From an uncultured bacterium (GTDB taxonomy: Bacteria; CAZSTA01), in the NCBI GenBank assembly GCA_964609495.1, contig CAZSTA010000015.1, positions 1-34,447 on the forward strand: DNA of 34,447 nt, written 5' to 3'. The notes beneath the pieces were generated by a model. The model did no database searches, had not been told where the DNA came from, and saw only the letters and a list, made by a program, of their open reading frames with translations. Of the stretch, positions 18,758-27,340 are shown piece after piece. The number at the start of each line of letters is the position of its first letter. Position 1 is the first letter of the stretch. Both the position numbers and the translations under genes were made by a program.

Positions 18758-19780
18758 TTAGAATAGGCTGGGTCGCTCCTCCTCTCCCGGATAGGGGATC
18801 CCTAGATAATCATAGGTGGCTTTAGAAGCCACTCTTCCCTGAGAAGTGCGCATTATAAAGCCGATCTGAACTAGATAGGGTTCATAGACATCAGTGATCG
18901 TATCCGTCTCCTCGGAGACAGCCATCGCTAAGGTAGTCAATCCTACCGGACCACCACCGTATTTCTCGACGATCATCGAAAGTAGCTTACGATCGGTAGC
19001 ATCCAACCCCATCTCATCGATACCCAGCATATCGAGTGCCTTTTGGGCGACCTCACGAGTTATAACTCCATCCGCCATCACTTGCGCAAAATCCCTAACT
19101 CGGCGCAAGAAGCGATTAGCCAGCCTCGCAGTGCCACGAGCTCTCTTCGCCAATTCTACCGCTCCCTCCTCATCGATCTCGACATTGAGGATATAAGCAG
19201 ATCGAACTATCAATCGTCTCAATTCATCGATCGTGTAGAAATCCATCTTCCCGATGATTCCGAAGCGGTTGCGTAAGGGCGGAGTTAACAAACCTGCCCG
19301 AGTTGTAGCGCCTACTAAGGTGAACTTGGGAAGATCGAGCCTGATCGAGCGCGCGCTAGGTCCCTTTCCGATGATGATATCGAGTTGAAAATCCTCCATC
19401 GCTGGATAGAGCGTCTCCTCGACCGTCCGATTGAGGCGATGAATCTCATCTATAAAGAGAACATCCCTATCCTCAAGGTTGGTCAAGATCGCGGCGAGAT
19501 CTCCTGCTCGCTCTAAGATCGGCCCCGAGGTAGTTCTGATCCCGACCCCCATCTCGCTAGCAATGATATGGGCGAGAGTCGTCTTCCCTAAGCCAGGGGG
19601 ACCATGCAGGAGAACGTGGTCTAGGGCCTCGCCCCTCCCCAGCGCTGCCTCGATGAATATCTTCAAATTTTCCTTGAGCTTAGTCTGACCCACATAGTGC
19701 TCCCACCGCTTGGGACGCAAGCTCGTATCAAACTCTAGTTCCTCTTCCTCCAGTTTAGAAGTAAAGATGCGTTCTTCCAT
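18758..19780 (-). CDS. ruvB: Holliday junction branch migration helicase RuvB
   Basis: [33 protein letters not shown]. Confidence 0.98.
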   Translation of the reverse strand: MEERIFTSKLEEEELEFDTSLRPKRWEHYVGQTKLKENLKIFIEAALGRGEALDHVLLHGPPGLGKTTLAHIIASEMGVGIRTTSGPILERAGDLAAILTNLEDRDVLFIDEIHRLNRTVEETLYPAMEDFQLDIIIGKGPSARSIRLDLPKFTLVGATTRAGLLTPPLRNRFGIIGKMDFYTIDELRRLIVRSAYILNVEIDEEGAVELAKRARGTARLANRFLRRVRDFAQVMADGVITREVAQKALDMLGIDEMGLDATDRKLLSMIVEKYGGGPVGLTTLAMAVSEETDTITDVYEPYLVQIGFIMRTSQGRVASKATYDYLGIPYPGEEERPSLF

Positions 19781-19803
19781 TTACATCCCCATTATCAAAA
19801 ATT

Positions 19804-20409
19804 TCAAACTAAAACCCGCAGAGCGCGCCGAATCAACTCCTCAACCCTGATGTCGCTCTTCACCTCTGATTTGATCCTATTTATCGCCTTTCGCACCGCG
19901 GAGCTGCTATATCCCAGAGTTACTAAGGCCGCCGTAGCATCAGCCAGGACCTGTTCATCGATTCCCCTTCCCCTCCTGATCGCTTCCGCCTCGATCTCAA
20001 CTGGCAATGCATCGAGCTTATCCCTAAGCTCCAGAATCAAACGATTAGCCGTCTTTGAGCCTATCCCCGGAACGCTTCCTAAGAGATTGACGTTCTCGCT
20101 CAAGACCGCTATCTTGAAGTCCGGAACTGAGATATTAGAGACTATATTAAGCGCGACCTTAGGGCCTATCTTAGAAACAGATAATAAAAGTTCAAATAGG
20201 GCTAGCTGTTCCTGATTAAAGAAGCCGTAAAGAGCCCACGTATCCTCGCGGATATGATGATAGGTATATATCTCTACCTCCTCTCCAGGCTCAGGAAGTT
20301 GATAGTAAGTAGAGAGAGGGATGAAGACCTTAAACCCTATCCCATTTATATCCACTATTATATGATCCTCTTCAATGGAATCGAGCATACCGCGTAGGTG
20401 AGCGATCAA
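19804..20409 (-). CDS. ruvA: Holliday junction DNA-binding protein RuvA
   Basis: IAHLRG, IRED..LYGF, VSKIGPKVA, VPGIGSKTA, ALVTLGY. Confidence 0.97.
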   Translation of the reverse strand: MIAHLRGMLDSIEEDHIIVDINGIGFKVFIPLSTYYQLPEPGEEVEIYTYHHIREDTWALYGFFNQEQLALFELLLSVSKIGPKVALNIVSNISVPDFKIAVLSENVNLLGSVPGIGSKTANRLILELRDKLDALPVEIEAEAIRRGRGIDEQVLADATAALVTLGYSSSAVRKAINRIKSEVKSDIRVEELIRRALRVLV

Positions 20410-20422
20410 GAGGATTTCCTCC

Positions 20423-20920
20423 TCAGGTATTCTTAGCGATCATCCTCTGATACTTCGCCGAGTGAATATGACATATAGCCACCGCTAAAGCATCGGCGGC
20501 GTCATCCGGTTTGGGGATCTCTTTGAGATTCAAGATCATCTTCACCATCTGTTGAATCTGTTGCTTAGAAGCGCGTCCATAGCCCACTACCGCTTGCTTC
20601 ACTTGGAGAGGAGTATATTCAAAGAGCGGTAGCCTCGCATTTGCTACGGAGAGGACAGCCACTCCTCGCGCCTGCCCTACTGCTAAGGCGGTGCGAACGT
20701 TCTTGTTGAAGAATAGTTTCTCCAATGCAGCCGCCTCGGGAGAATAGGTATCTATGATCTCACTCAACTGATCATATATCTCCTTCAATCTCTCGATAAG
20801 AAGCTTATTCGCTTCGGTGCGGACACAACCATATACCACACAAGATATCTTTCCGCCCTCGCTATTTACTACTCCGTAACCAGTTATCGCTGTTCCAGGA
20901 TCGATTCCCAAGATCAACAT
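20423..20920 (-). CDS. ruvC: Crossover junction endodeoxyribonuclease RuvC
   Basis: [39 protein letters not shown]. Confidence 0.98.
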   Translation of the reverse strand: MLILGIDPGTAITGYGVVNSEGGKISCVVYGCVRTEANKLLIERLKEIYDQLSEIIDTYSPEAAALEKLFFNKNVRTALAVGQARGVAVLSVANARLPLFEYTPLQVKQAVVGYGRASKQQIQQMVKMILNLKEIPKPDDAADALAVAICHIHSAKYQRMIAKNT

Positions 20921-20934
20921 ATCATCTAAGAGAG

Positions 20935-21690
20935 CTAAGCGACCTCGCTCATCTCCTCCATTATCTCCTTGGAGATATCAAAGTTGGAGTAAACCTGTTG
21001 CACATCGTCATGCTCCTCAAGATCCTCTATCAGTTTGAGAACTTGTATCGCTTGCTTGCCTTCGACTGGAACTGTGCTTTGAGGGATCATCGTTATCTCC
21101 GCCGATAGATATTCTATTCCCGCCTCCTCTAAAGCGTTCCGAACCTCCTCGAGATCCTCCAGTGAGGTCGTCACCTCAATCGTTCCCTCAGAAGAGACGA
21201 CGTCCTCTGCTCCAGCCTCCAGCGTAGCCATTATGACCTCATCTTCACTCACTTTATCTGCCTCAATAACAATGAGTCCCTTCTTATCGAACATCCACGC
21301 AACACAACCAGCCTCCCCCAGGCTTCCCCCATGGCTGGAGAAGATATGCCGAATCTCCGCGGCGGTTCTCCTTCTATTATCCGTCACCAATTCAAGCAAC
21401 ATCGCTACTCCGCCAGCCGCATATCCCTCATATAACATCTCCTCATAAGTAACGCCGGGTAGCTCTCCAGTTCCTCGCTGGATCGCCCTGGTAACGGTAT
21501 CAGAAGGCATATTAGCTTCCTTTGCTCTCTGCAAAGCTGTCCTCAGACGAGGATTTGTATCTGGATCCCCCCCGCTTTCACGCGCCGCAACAGTCAACTC
21601 TCGAATCAATCTATTAAATATCTTGCCCCTCTGGGCATCGGTCTTCGCCTTCTTATGTTTAATGGTGCTCCATTTAGAATGTCCTGACAT
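20935..21690 (-). CDS. yebC: YebC/PmpR family protein
   Basis: [37 protein letters not shown]; start at ATG 21690. Confidence 0.96.
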   Translation of the reverse strand: MSGHSKWSTIKHKKAKTDAQRGKIFNRLIRELTVAARESGGDPDTNPRLRTALQRAKEANMPSDTVTRAIQRGTGELPGVTYEEMLYEGYAAGGVAMLLELVTDNRRRTAAEIRHIFSSHGGSLGEAGCVAWMFDKKGLIVIEADKVSEDEVIMATLEAGAEDVVSSEGTIEVTTSLEDLEEVRNALEEAGIEYLSAEITMIPQSTVPVEGKQAIQVLKLIEDLEEHDDVQQVYSNFDISKEIMEEMSEVA

Positions 21691-21718
21691 ACTTACCCCC
21701 TTCGAGAACACATAATCT

Positions 21719-22675
21719 CTACGATATCCTATCCATTATCATTTCCACTGCTTCCTTCCCATGATAATAGCCGATCAATTCCTGGGCCAATCTTTTCTTA
21801 GCCTCACTGGGAGGAAGCGAGCCATTCTCCAATCCCTTTTTGGTCTCCTCTAATTCACCTAAACTCACCGAGGTGACCAACTCGAAGTAATCCGAGATAA
21901 TATCATCAGGGAGGAACATCACTTTGTTGAACATCATCTCCGGTGGCTCATCAACGCCGATGTAATTTCCCAAACTCTTGCTCATCTTCCTCTCACCATC
22001 GGTTCCCACTAAGATGGGCATCAATACCGCCACTTGAGGTTCCTGATTATTTTCCTTCTGGAGATCGCGTCCAACCAAGATATTGAACTTCTGTTCAGTT
22101 GCCCCTAATTCCACATCTGCTTCTATAGCCACAGAATCATAGCCCTGCATTAAAGCATATAGGAACTCATGGATACTGATCGGATGTCCCTGAGAATAGC
22201 GATTTGTGAAATCCTCTCGCTCCATCATCCTCGCCACAGTAGTGCAAGAGGTGAGCTTCTCGATAACATCTCGAAGTTTCATCTTGCTGAACCAAGTTCC
22301 ATTAGGCATGATCTCGGTCTTTTCGGGATCCATAATCTTGAAGAACTGTTTCTTATAGGTCTCAGCGTTCGCCATAATCTCCTCATAAGTCAACTGAGGT
22401 CTTGTCTCGGAGCGACCAGTAGGATCGCCGATCATCCCGGTGTAGTCGCCCAGGATCAAGATAACCTTATGTCCCAAATTCTGAAAAGCCCTCAATTTAT
22501 GTAGCACTACAGTATGTCCAAGATGTATATCTGGCGCAGAAGGATCTATCCCCAACTTCACCTTCAAAGGTCTATTCTCCCTCTGAGAACGCTCCAGTTT
22601 AGCGATCAACTCCTCCTCAGGAACGATCTCAACTGTTCCTCTTCTGATAATTCGCATCTGCTCCTGGATATCCAA
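21719..22675 (-). CDS. tyrS: Tyrosine--tRNA ligase (type 2), short form lacking the C-terminal S4 domain
   Basis: VKLGIDPSAPDIHLGH, IGDPTGR, LMQGYDS, KMSKS; likely TTG start at 22675 with AGGAG RBS; ends at about 318 aa. Confidence 0.9.
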   Translation of the reverse strand: MDIQEQMRIIRRGTVEIVPEEELIAKLERSQRENRPLKVKLGIDPSAPDIHLGHTVVLHKLRAFQNLGHKVILILGDYTGMIGDPTGRSETRPQLTYEEIMANAETYKKQFFKIMDPEKTEIMPNGTWFSKMKLRDVIEKLTSCTTVARMMEREDFTNRYSQGHPISIHEFLYALMQGYDSVAIEADVELGATEQKFNILVGRDLQKENNQEPQVAVLMPILVGTDGERKMSKSLGNYIGVDEPPEMMFNKVMFLPDDIISDYFELVTSVSLGELEETKKGLENGSLPPSEAKKRLAQELIGYYHGKEAVEMIMDRIS

Positions 22676-22733
22676 ATATATCACTCCTAATCAAGAATAA
22701 GAGACCTAATAACTTCAGTATTTTCCCTCTATT

Positions 22734-22762
22734 ATTATATCATAAAAGTTATAAAACTGCAA
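22734..22762 (-). promoter_or_regulatory. Putative sigmaA promoter of the tyrS-yebC-ruv-que operon
   Basis: TTGCAG-17 nt-TATAAT with extended TGn. Confidence 0.65.
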
Positions 22763-22779
22763 ATTCTATAATTTATATA

Positions 22780-23008
22780 GATGCATATAAAATCTGGGAT
22801 CTAAGATCTAATTTACTTTATATTACACCCTCCCCCTATCCCCCTCCCATCGAGGGAGGGGGGACAAGAAAATAATGCGCATAGACTCAAGCTCTATCTC
22901 GATGTTCCCTCTCCCCTCGTGGGAGAGGGCCAGGGTGAGGGGGAGTTATAACTCGATCTGAAATCATTACGAAGTAAAAACTTTTTGATCCCCGATTCTA
23001 TATGCATC
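22780..23008. mobile_element. MITE-like element with 22-bp terminal inverted repeats enclosing a REP A/B doublet
   Basis: GATGCATATAAAATCTGGGATC (22780-22801) vs reverse complement of 22987-23008, GATGCATATAGAATCGGGGATC: 20/22 match; doublet at 22826-22944. Confidence 0.7.
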
Positions 23009-23027
23009 GTTTTTTTACTTGAAGGTC

Positions 23028-23056
23028 TTGACAAGAGGGGAATAATAGGGTATAAT
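23028..23056 (+). promoter_or_regulatory. sigmaA promoter of the aldo/keto reductase gene
   Basis: Perfect TTGACA-17 nt-TATAAT. Confidence 0.88.
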
Positions 23057-23080
23057 TGGACTGACTAGTCAGTCTAATTA
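23053..23080. promoter_or_regulatory. Palindromic operator (TetR-family-like) over the -10/+1 region
   Basis: TAATTgGACTGACTAGTCAGTCtAATTA; 16-bp perfect core at 23059-23074. Confidence 0.7.
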
Positions 23081-23215
23081 GAGAGTTAAAAGAATAGCTT
23101 ATGATTAGGTATAGAATACCAAATGGGGGTGAAATATAAAGTCTTATAATCTGATAAACAATCTAAATTTTAAGAAATTCACCAAAAAAATTGAAGGAAA
23201 TAAGGAGGATAATCA

Positions 23216-24328
23216 ATGCAATACCGAGAATTCGGTAATACTGGGATCAAGTTATCTGCTCTAGGATTCGGTGCGATGCGTCTTCCGATGAAAGGGGATA
23301 ACGTTGATAAGGAGAAAGCTATCGCGGCTATGCGTCGAGCTTACGAGTTAGGAGTAAACTACTTCGATACTGGTTATTACTATTGCAATAAGCAGAGCGA
23401 GGAGACGGTAGCTGAAGCTCTGAGGGATATTCGGGACAAGGTCTATATCTCCACTAAGAATCCTATTGAAGATGCCTCAGGTGCTAATTGGAGAAAGAGA
23501 CTGGAGAGATCGCTTAAGATTATGAAGCTGGAGAAGATCGATTTCTATCAAGCGCTGTGGGGAACTAACTGGAAAGATTATCAGGAGAAGTTCGCCTGTC
23601 CCGGAGGAGGACTAAAGGAAGCCTTGAAGGCTAAGGAGGAGGGTTTGATCGATCACATCTGTTTCTCCTTCCATGATACTGTGGAGAATCTGATAAAGCT
23701 CCTTGATACCGGCTATTTCGAGGGGTGTACCGTTCAGTATAACCTTCTGGATCAGAGCAATGAGAAGGGGATCGCTTATGCCAAGGAGAAGGGCTTAGGG
23801 ATAGTGATTATGGGTCCAGTCGGTGGAGGGAGATTAGGTCGTCCTTCGGAGAGTATATTGAAGCTCATCCCCGGCGGTGTCAAATCGACTCCTGAGATGG
23901 CCTTCAGATATGTTCTGGCTAATCCTGGCGTGACGGTAGCTATCTCGGGAATGAGCACCATTCAAATGGTGGAAGAGAATGCAGCTACAGCCAGTCGCAC
24001 TGAGCCTCTGAGTGCTGAGGAGTTGCAACTCGTTCAGGATATGACCGAGGAGAATAAGAAGTTAGCGGACCTATACTGCACTGGCTGTGAATACTGTATG
24101 CCTTGTCCGAATGGAGTTGACATCCCTGGCAACTTCCGCTTGATGAACTACTACCGAGTCTACGGACTCAAGGATTATGCAATCGAGCAGTATAATACTG
24201 AGTTGAAGAAGAAGGAGAGTTGGGCCGCGGCTTGCGTTGAGTGTGGAGAATGTGAACCTAAGTGTCCGCAACATATTCCTATAATCGAACAGCTCAAGGA
24301 GACTGATGCGGCTCTCAGGAGGGATTAG
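23216..24328 (+). CDS. Aldo/keto reductase with C-terminal 4Fe-4S dicluster domain
   Basis: LGFGAMRLP, GVNYFDT, ISTK; CTGCEYCMPCP and CVECGECEPKCPQ; AAGGAGG RBS. Confidence 0.95.
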   Translation: MQYREFGNTGIKLSALGFGAMRLPMKGDNVDKEKAIAAMRRAYELGVNYFDTGYYYCNKQSEETVAEALRDIRDKVYISTKNPIEDASGANWRKRLERSLKIMKLEKIDFYQALWGTNWKDYQEKFACPGGGLKEALKAKEEGLIDHICFSFHDTVENLIKLLDTGYFEGCTVQYNLLDQSNEKGIAYAKEKGLGIVIMGPVGGGRLGRPSESILKLIPGGVKSTPEMAFRYVLANPGVTVAISGMSTIQMVEENAATASRTEPLSAEELQLVQDMTEENKKLADLYCTGCEYCMPCPNGVDIPGNFRLMNYYRVYGLKDYAIEQYNTELKKKESWAAACVECGECEPKCPQHIPIIEQLKETDAALRRD

Positions 24329-24361
24329 TTGATTTCGAGTTCAATCTTGTTGACCTAGGAT

Positions 24362-24392
24362 AGAGAGAGGGAGGCATTAACCCCCTCTCTCT
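24362..24392. terminator. Intergenic hairpin (possible terminator or mRNA stabiliser)
   Basis: AGAGAGAGGG...CCCTCTCTCT between the AKR and VOC genes. Confidence 0.45.
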
Positions 24393-24412
24393 TAATATAA
24401 AGGGGGAGCGAA

Positions 24413-24841
24413 ATGATAACCTGCATCGGACATCTAGCCTTTAAGGTCAGCGATTTGAAGAGATCTTTAAATTTCTATTGCGATGTTCTGGGATTAGAGG
24501 AAGCCTTTCGCATGACCGATGAGAAAGGCAATATCAATTTAGTATATGTTAAGATAAACGAGAATAACTTCATCGAGTTATTCCCTGGCGGGAAAAGCAA
24601 GATCGAGCTACCGAGTGATCATATAGGATATTCCCATCTATGCCTATTGGTAGATGATATTAACGCTACGCTCAAGGAACTCTCCAAGCGAGGATTATCC
24701 ATAACTGGTGAGCCAAAGATGGGGGGAGATGGGAATTGGCAGTATTGGATAGCTGATCCTGATGGAAATCATATCGAGTTTATGCAGATTATGCCCGATT
24801 CTCTTCAGGCTAAAGCAGGGAAGCGATCTTCTTCAGATTAG
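24413..24841 (+). CDS. VOC / glyoxalase family protein
   Basis: HLAFKVSDL.RSL.FY..VLG, FIELF, HLCLLVDDI, DPDGNHIEFM (H/E/H/E metal ligands). Confidence 0.93.
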   Translation: MITCIGHLAFKVSDLKRSLNFYCDVLGLEEAFRMTDEKGNINLVYVKINENNFIELFPGGKSKIELPSDHIGYSHLCLLVDDINATLKELSKRGLSITGEPKMGGDGNWQYWIADPDGNHIEFMQIMPDSLQAKAGKRSSSD

Positions 24842-24851
24842 GAGAGATCTT

Positions 24852-24917
24852 ATGCCTGCCTCTGATTTCGGCGATACTCCAGAGAGATTTATCGAGGAGA
24901 GCATCAAAAAGATATAA
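24852..24917 (+). pseudogene. 21-aa ORF, probable truncated gene start
   Basis: AGGAG RBS overlapping the VOC stop; MPASDFGDTPERFIEESIKKI*; lies just before the MITE. Confidence 0.3.
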
Positions 24918-24974
24918 ATAGAGTATAGATGGTTTGAAGATTCAAAGCTAGAAGACTAGAGGATTGGTTTGCCA

Positions 24975-25231
24975 GGAAGTATGTAAAATTTCGTGCTAGT
25001 AGATTTTTACCAAGAAGTCAAGATGTGATTCCCCCCTCACCCTATCCCTATCCCACGAGGGGAAAAAGGTAACTTTTTTAACCATGAGTTCTATTTGAAG
25101 CAAAAAAGTTACCTTTTAGGGAACATTGAGATAAGCTTGCTCTCTTTATTTCCCCCTCCCTTGACGGGAGGGGTTAGGGGAGGGTGATTTAAGGGAGTTC
25201 AAACCGCTAGCACAATATTTTACATGTTTAC
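24975..25231. mobile_element. 257-bp MITE-like element with Mutator/ISLre2-like features, carrying nested repeats
   Basis: 25-bp TIRs with 20/25 match; flanking 9-bp direct repeat GGTTTGCCA (24966-24974) / AGTTTGCCA (25232-25240); contains REP doublet 25030-25186. Confidence 0.75.
25064..25117. repeat. 54-bp mini inverted-repeat element inserted into REP unit B
   Basis: AAAAGGTAACTTTTTT...AAAAAAGTTACCTTTT perfect 16-bp arms, interrupting GAGGGGA|AGGGAAC. Confidence 0.8.
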
Positions 25232-25247
25232 AGTTTGCCAAAAGCAC

Positions 25248-25276
25248 TTGACAATTTCATATATTTACCCTATACT
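25248..25276 (+). promoter_or_regulatory. sigmaA promoter upstream of the MFS leader
   Basis: TTGACA-17 nt-TATACT. Confidence 0.8.
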
Positions 25277-25432
25277 ATTAGTATATCTATGATCGGTTTA
25301 TAGGGAATAAAATGGAGCTTCACTCTCTTACAATTTGAGTTGCTGAACTGAGCGATATAATTAGACAATGTAAGGATCTGAAAGTAGGAAAACTTCACTA
25401 TAAGTGATCTAACACTAAGAATCTATATAAAC

Positions 25433-25470
25433 AGACCCGCAATAGGCTTATCGCCAACGCGGGCTTTTTT
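25433..25470 (+). terminator. Putative intrinsic terminator/attenuator in the MFS 5' leader
   Basis: CCCGC..GGC....GCC..GCGGG stem followed by C and six T, about 35 nt before the start codon. Confidence 0.5.
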
Positions 25471-25504
25471 GCTATGTTAATCCTAATATCTAAAGAGAGA
25501 AGTC

Positions 25505-26983
25505 TTGATGGAATCTAAAGAGGAATTATCTCCTGAGGAAATCAATGAGGGGTTAAACAAATTTATCTGGACCGGGGCTTTAACAACAGTAATGACCAGC
25601 TTTATGACTGGGGCTTTCCTTACCGGCTTCGCTCTCCTGATGGGTGCTTCTGACTTCCAGATCGGACTCCTATCATCTCTCCCTCTATTCGCCAGCCTAA
25701 CTCAGCTCTCCACCGAGTTCATCCTCAAAAGGATAGGCAATAGGAAAAAGCTATGCCTATACACTCTAGGAGCATCTCGCCTGATTAGAATCACCTTTAT
25801 CCTCCTTCCTATATTCTTCGGTTGGCTAGGAGATACGCGGGCTTGGGTGATAATCTTCGTCCTGACCATATCCGCAGGATTTGGCTCTATCGGGAGTATC
25901 TCATGGTTCTCTTGGATAGCGGACTTAGTTCCTCTCAAGCGGAGAGGAAGATACTTCAGTACCAGAAATGTCATCTTAGTAGCGATAGGATTAGTCGCTG
26001 GTGTTTTAGCTGGTCGATTTATAGATCTCTGGAAGCAATTCTATGGAGTTGAGAATCCCTACGGATTTGTTATCCTCTATGGGATCGGACTTTTCTGGGG
26101 GATCTATACTCTATTTATTATGAGGGATGTTCCTGAACCTCTGCCGAAGACCAGCTCTCGCACTACTCCTTTCCTCCAAACTTTCCTTGCTCCCTTTTGG
26201 GATTCCAACTTTCGTCGTTTTATAATCTTTAGATCATTCTGGGCTTTCGCAGTAGGATTCGCGGCCCCCTTCTTCGCCGTATTTATGATCAAATACCTGG
26301 AAGTCCCTTATTCCTGGATAGCTATATTTATGCTGATAAATAAAGCGGCTAACCTCTATAGCCAGAAGTTCTGGGGAAAGATAAGCGATAAGTTCGGGAA
26401 TAAGCCAGTAGTTGCGATCTGCACCTTCGGTAAGTGTATATATCCCTTGATGTGGCTATTTGTTACTCCTGCTAATTGTATCCCTCTGATTTCTCTGATC
26501 TATCTTAGTGGACTATTCGACTCCGGGTTGGGATTAGGAGCATCCAACCTGATGCTAGCTACATCCCCTAGGGAGAGCAAAGCGATGTATCTGTCGAGCT
26601 ATACTGCCTGTGTTAATGTAGCGGCTGCCATATCTCCCATCCTAGGTGGACTGCTCGCCCAAAATCTGGGCGAGTTCCAGTTAAACCTATTTCTCTTAAA
26701 ACCCGAGGGATTACAGATACTCTTCCTTATCTCGGGGATATTGAGACTCTTCTCATTTCTGTTCTTCAGATCCGTCTCGGAGGAGCATTCCAAAAGCCTC
26801 GGACATATGCTTCGAGTTTTCCAGCGCATTAGAAGAATTAACCCTCGAAGAGGATTAGCTTATGCCTTCCATTTTTGGATAGCTCCAATGGAAGATGCAA
26901 TTACCACTGCTCAGCGAGAGGGAAAGGCGATGTTGGAGAGGGGTCTGGGGAGGATCAGAAGAGAGGATAGGAACGATAAATAG
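25505..26983 (+). CDS. MFS transporter
   Basis: About 12 hydrophobic segments; WIADLVP..RGRYF and WGKISDKFGNK (motif A-like). Confidence 0.92.
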   Translation: MMESKEELSPEEINEGLNKFIWTGALTTVMTSFMTGAFLTGFALLMGASDFQIGLLSSLPLFASLTQLSTEFILKRIGNRKKLCLYTLGASRLIRITFILLPIFFGWLGDTRAWVIIFVLTISAGFGSIGSISWFSWIADLVPLKRRGRYFSTRNVILVAIGLVAGVLAGRFIDLWKQFYGVENPYGFVILYGIGLFWGIYTLFIMRDVPEPLPKTSSRTTPFLQTFLAPFWDSNFRRFIIFRSFWAFAVGFAAPFFAVFMIKYLEVPYSWIAIFMLINKAANLYSQKFWGKISDKFGNKPVVAICTFGKCIYPLMWLFVTPANCIPLISLIYLSGLFDSGLGLGASNLMLATSPRESKAMYLSSYTACVNVAAAISPILGGLLAQNLGEFQLNLFLLKPEGLQILFLISGILRLFSFLFFRSVSEEHSKSLGHMLRVFQRIRRINPRRGLAYAFHFWIAPMEDAITTAQREGKAMLERGLGRIRREDRNDK

Positions 26984-27019
26984 AATCTGATTTTATCTAT
27001 ACCTTTGAGTTCATAACTG

Positions 27020-27048
27020 TTGACATATAAGTTAAAAATTGTTATAAT
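27020..27048 (+). promoter_or_regulatory. sigmaA promoter upstream of the URO-D family gene
   Basis: Perfect TTGACA-17 nt-TATAAT with extended TGn. Confidence 0.88.
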
Positions 27049-27227
27049 AGCAAGAGCAGAGACTGGATTACGGCTAAAATTGGAATTAAAAGCGCTTTGG
27101 GGCTTAATTATATTCACAACTAGTTATGCTAAGATATTATACGATAAATGAGGATAAGCGGAGCTTTAAAATGGTAATTGGATCGGGATATCTTAAATGT
27201 ATATTCTATTCCTGAGCTATCAGATTT

Positions 27228-27262
27228 AACCGTCGATCGATTAAGCCAGATCGGCGGTTTTT
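27228..27262 (+). terminator. Putative terminator/attenuator in the URO-D leader
   Basis: AACCGTCGATC-10 nt-GATCGGCGGTT stem running into a T-tract. Confidence 0.55.
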
Positions 27263-27340
27263 AACCGATGATGTTGAGATGAATGTTGTATGGAAGATGA
27301 AGTCGTTTTATATTTATTTAAGGAGGAGGAAGCAATACCT

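Noticed and set aside
21691-21730. Frameshift hiding the TyrRS S4 domain
   Set aside because: Only 28 nt separate the tyrS stop from the yebC start.
27049-27085. SAM-I riboswitch (CAAGAG...GACTGG resemblance)
   Set aside because: Lacks the ATC/GAT P1 pairing, GCAACC and GTGC elements.
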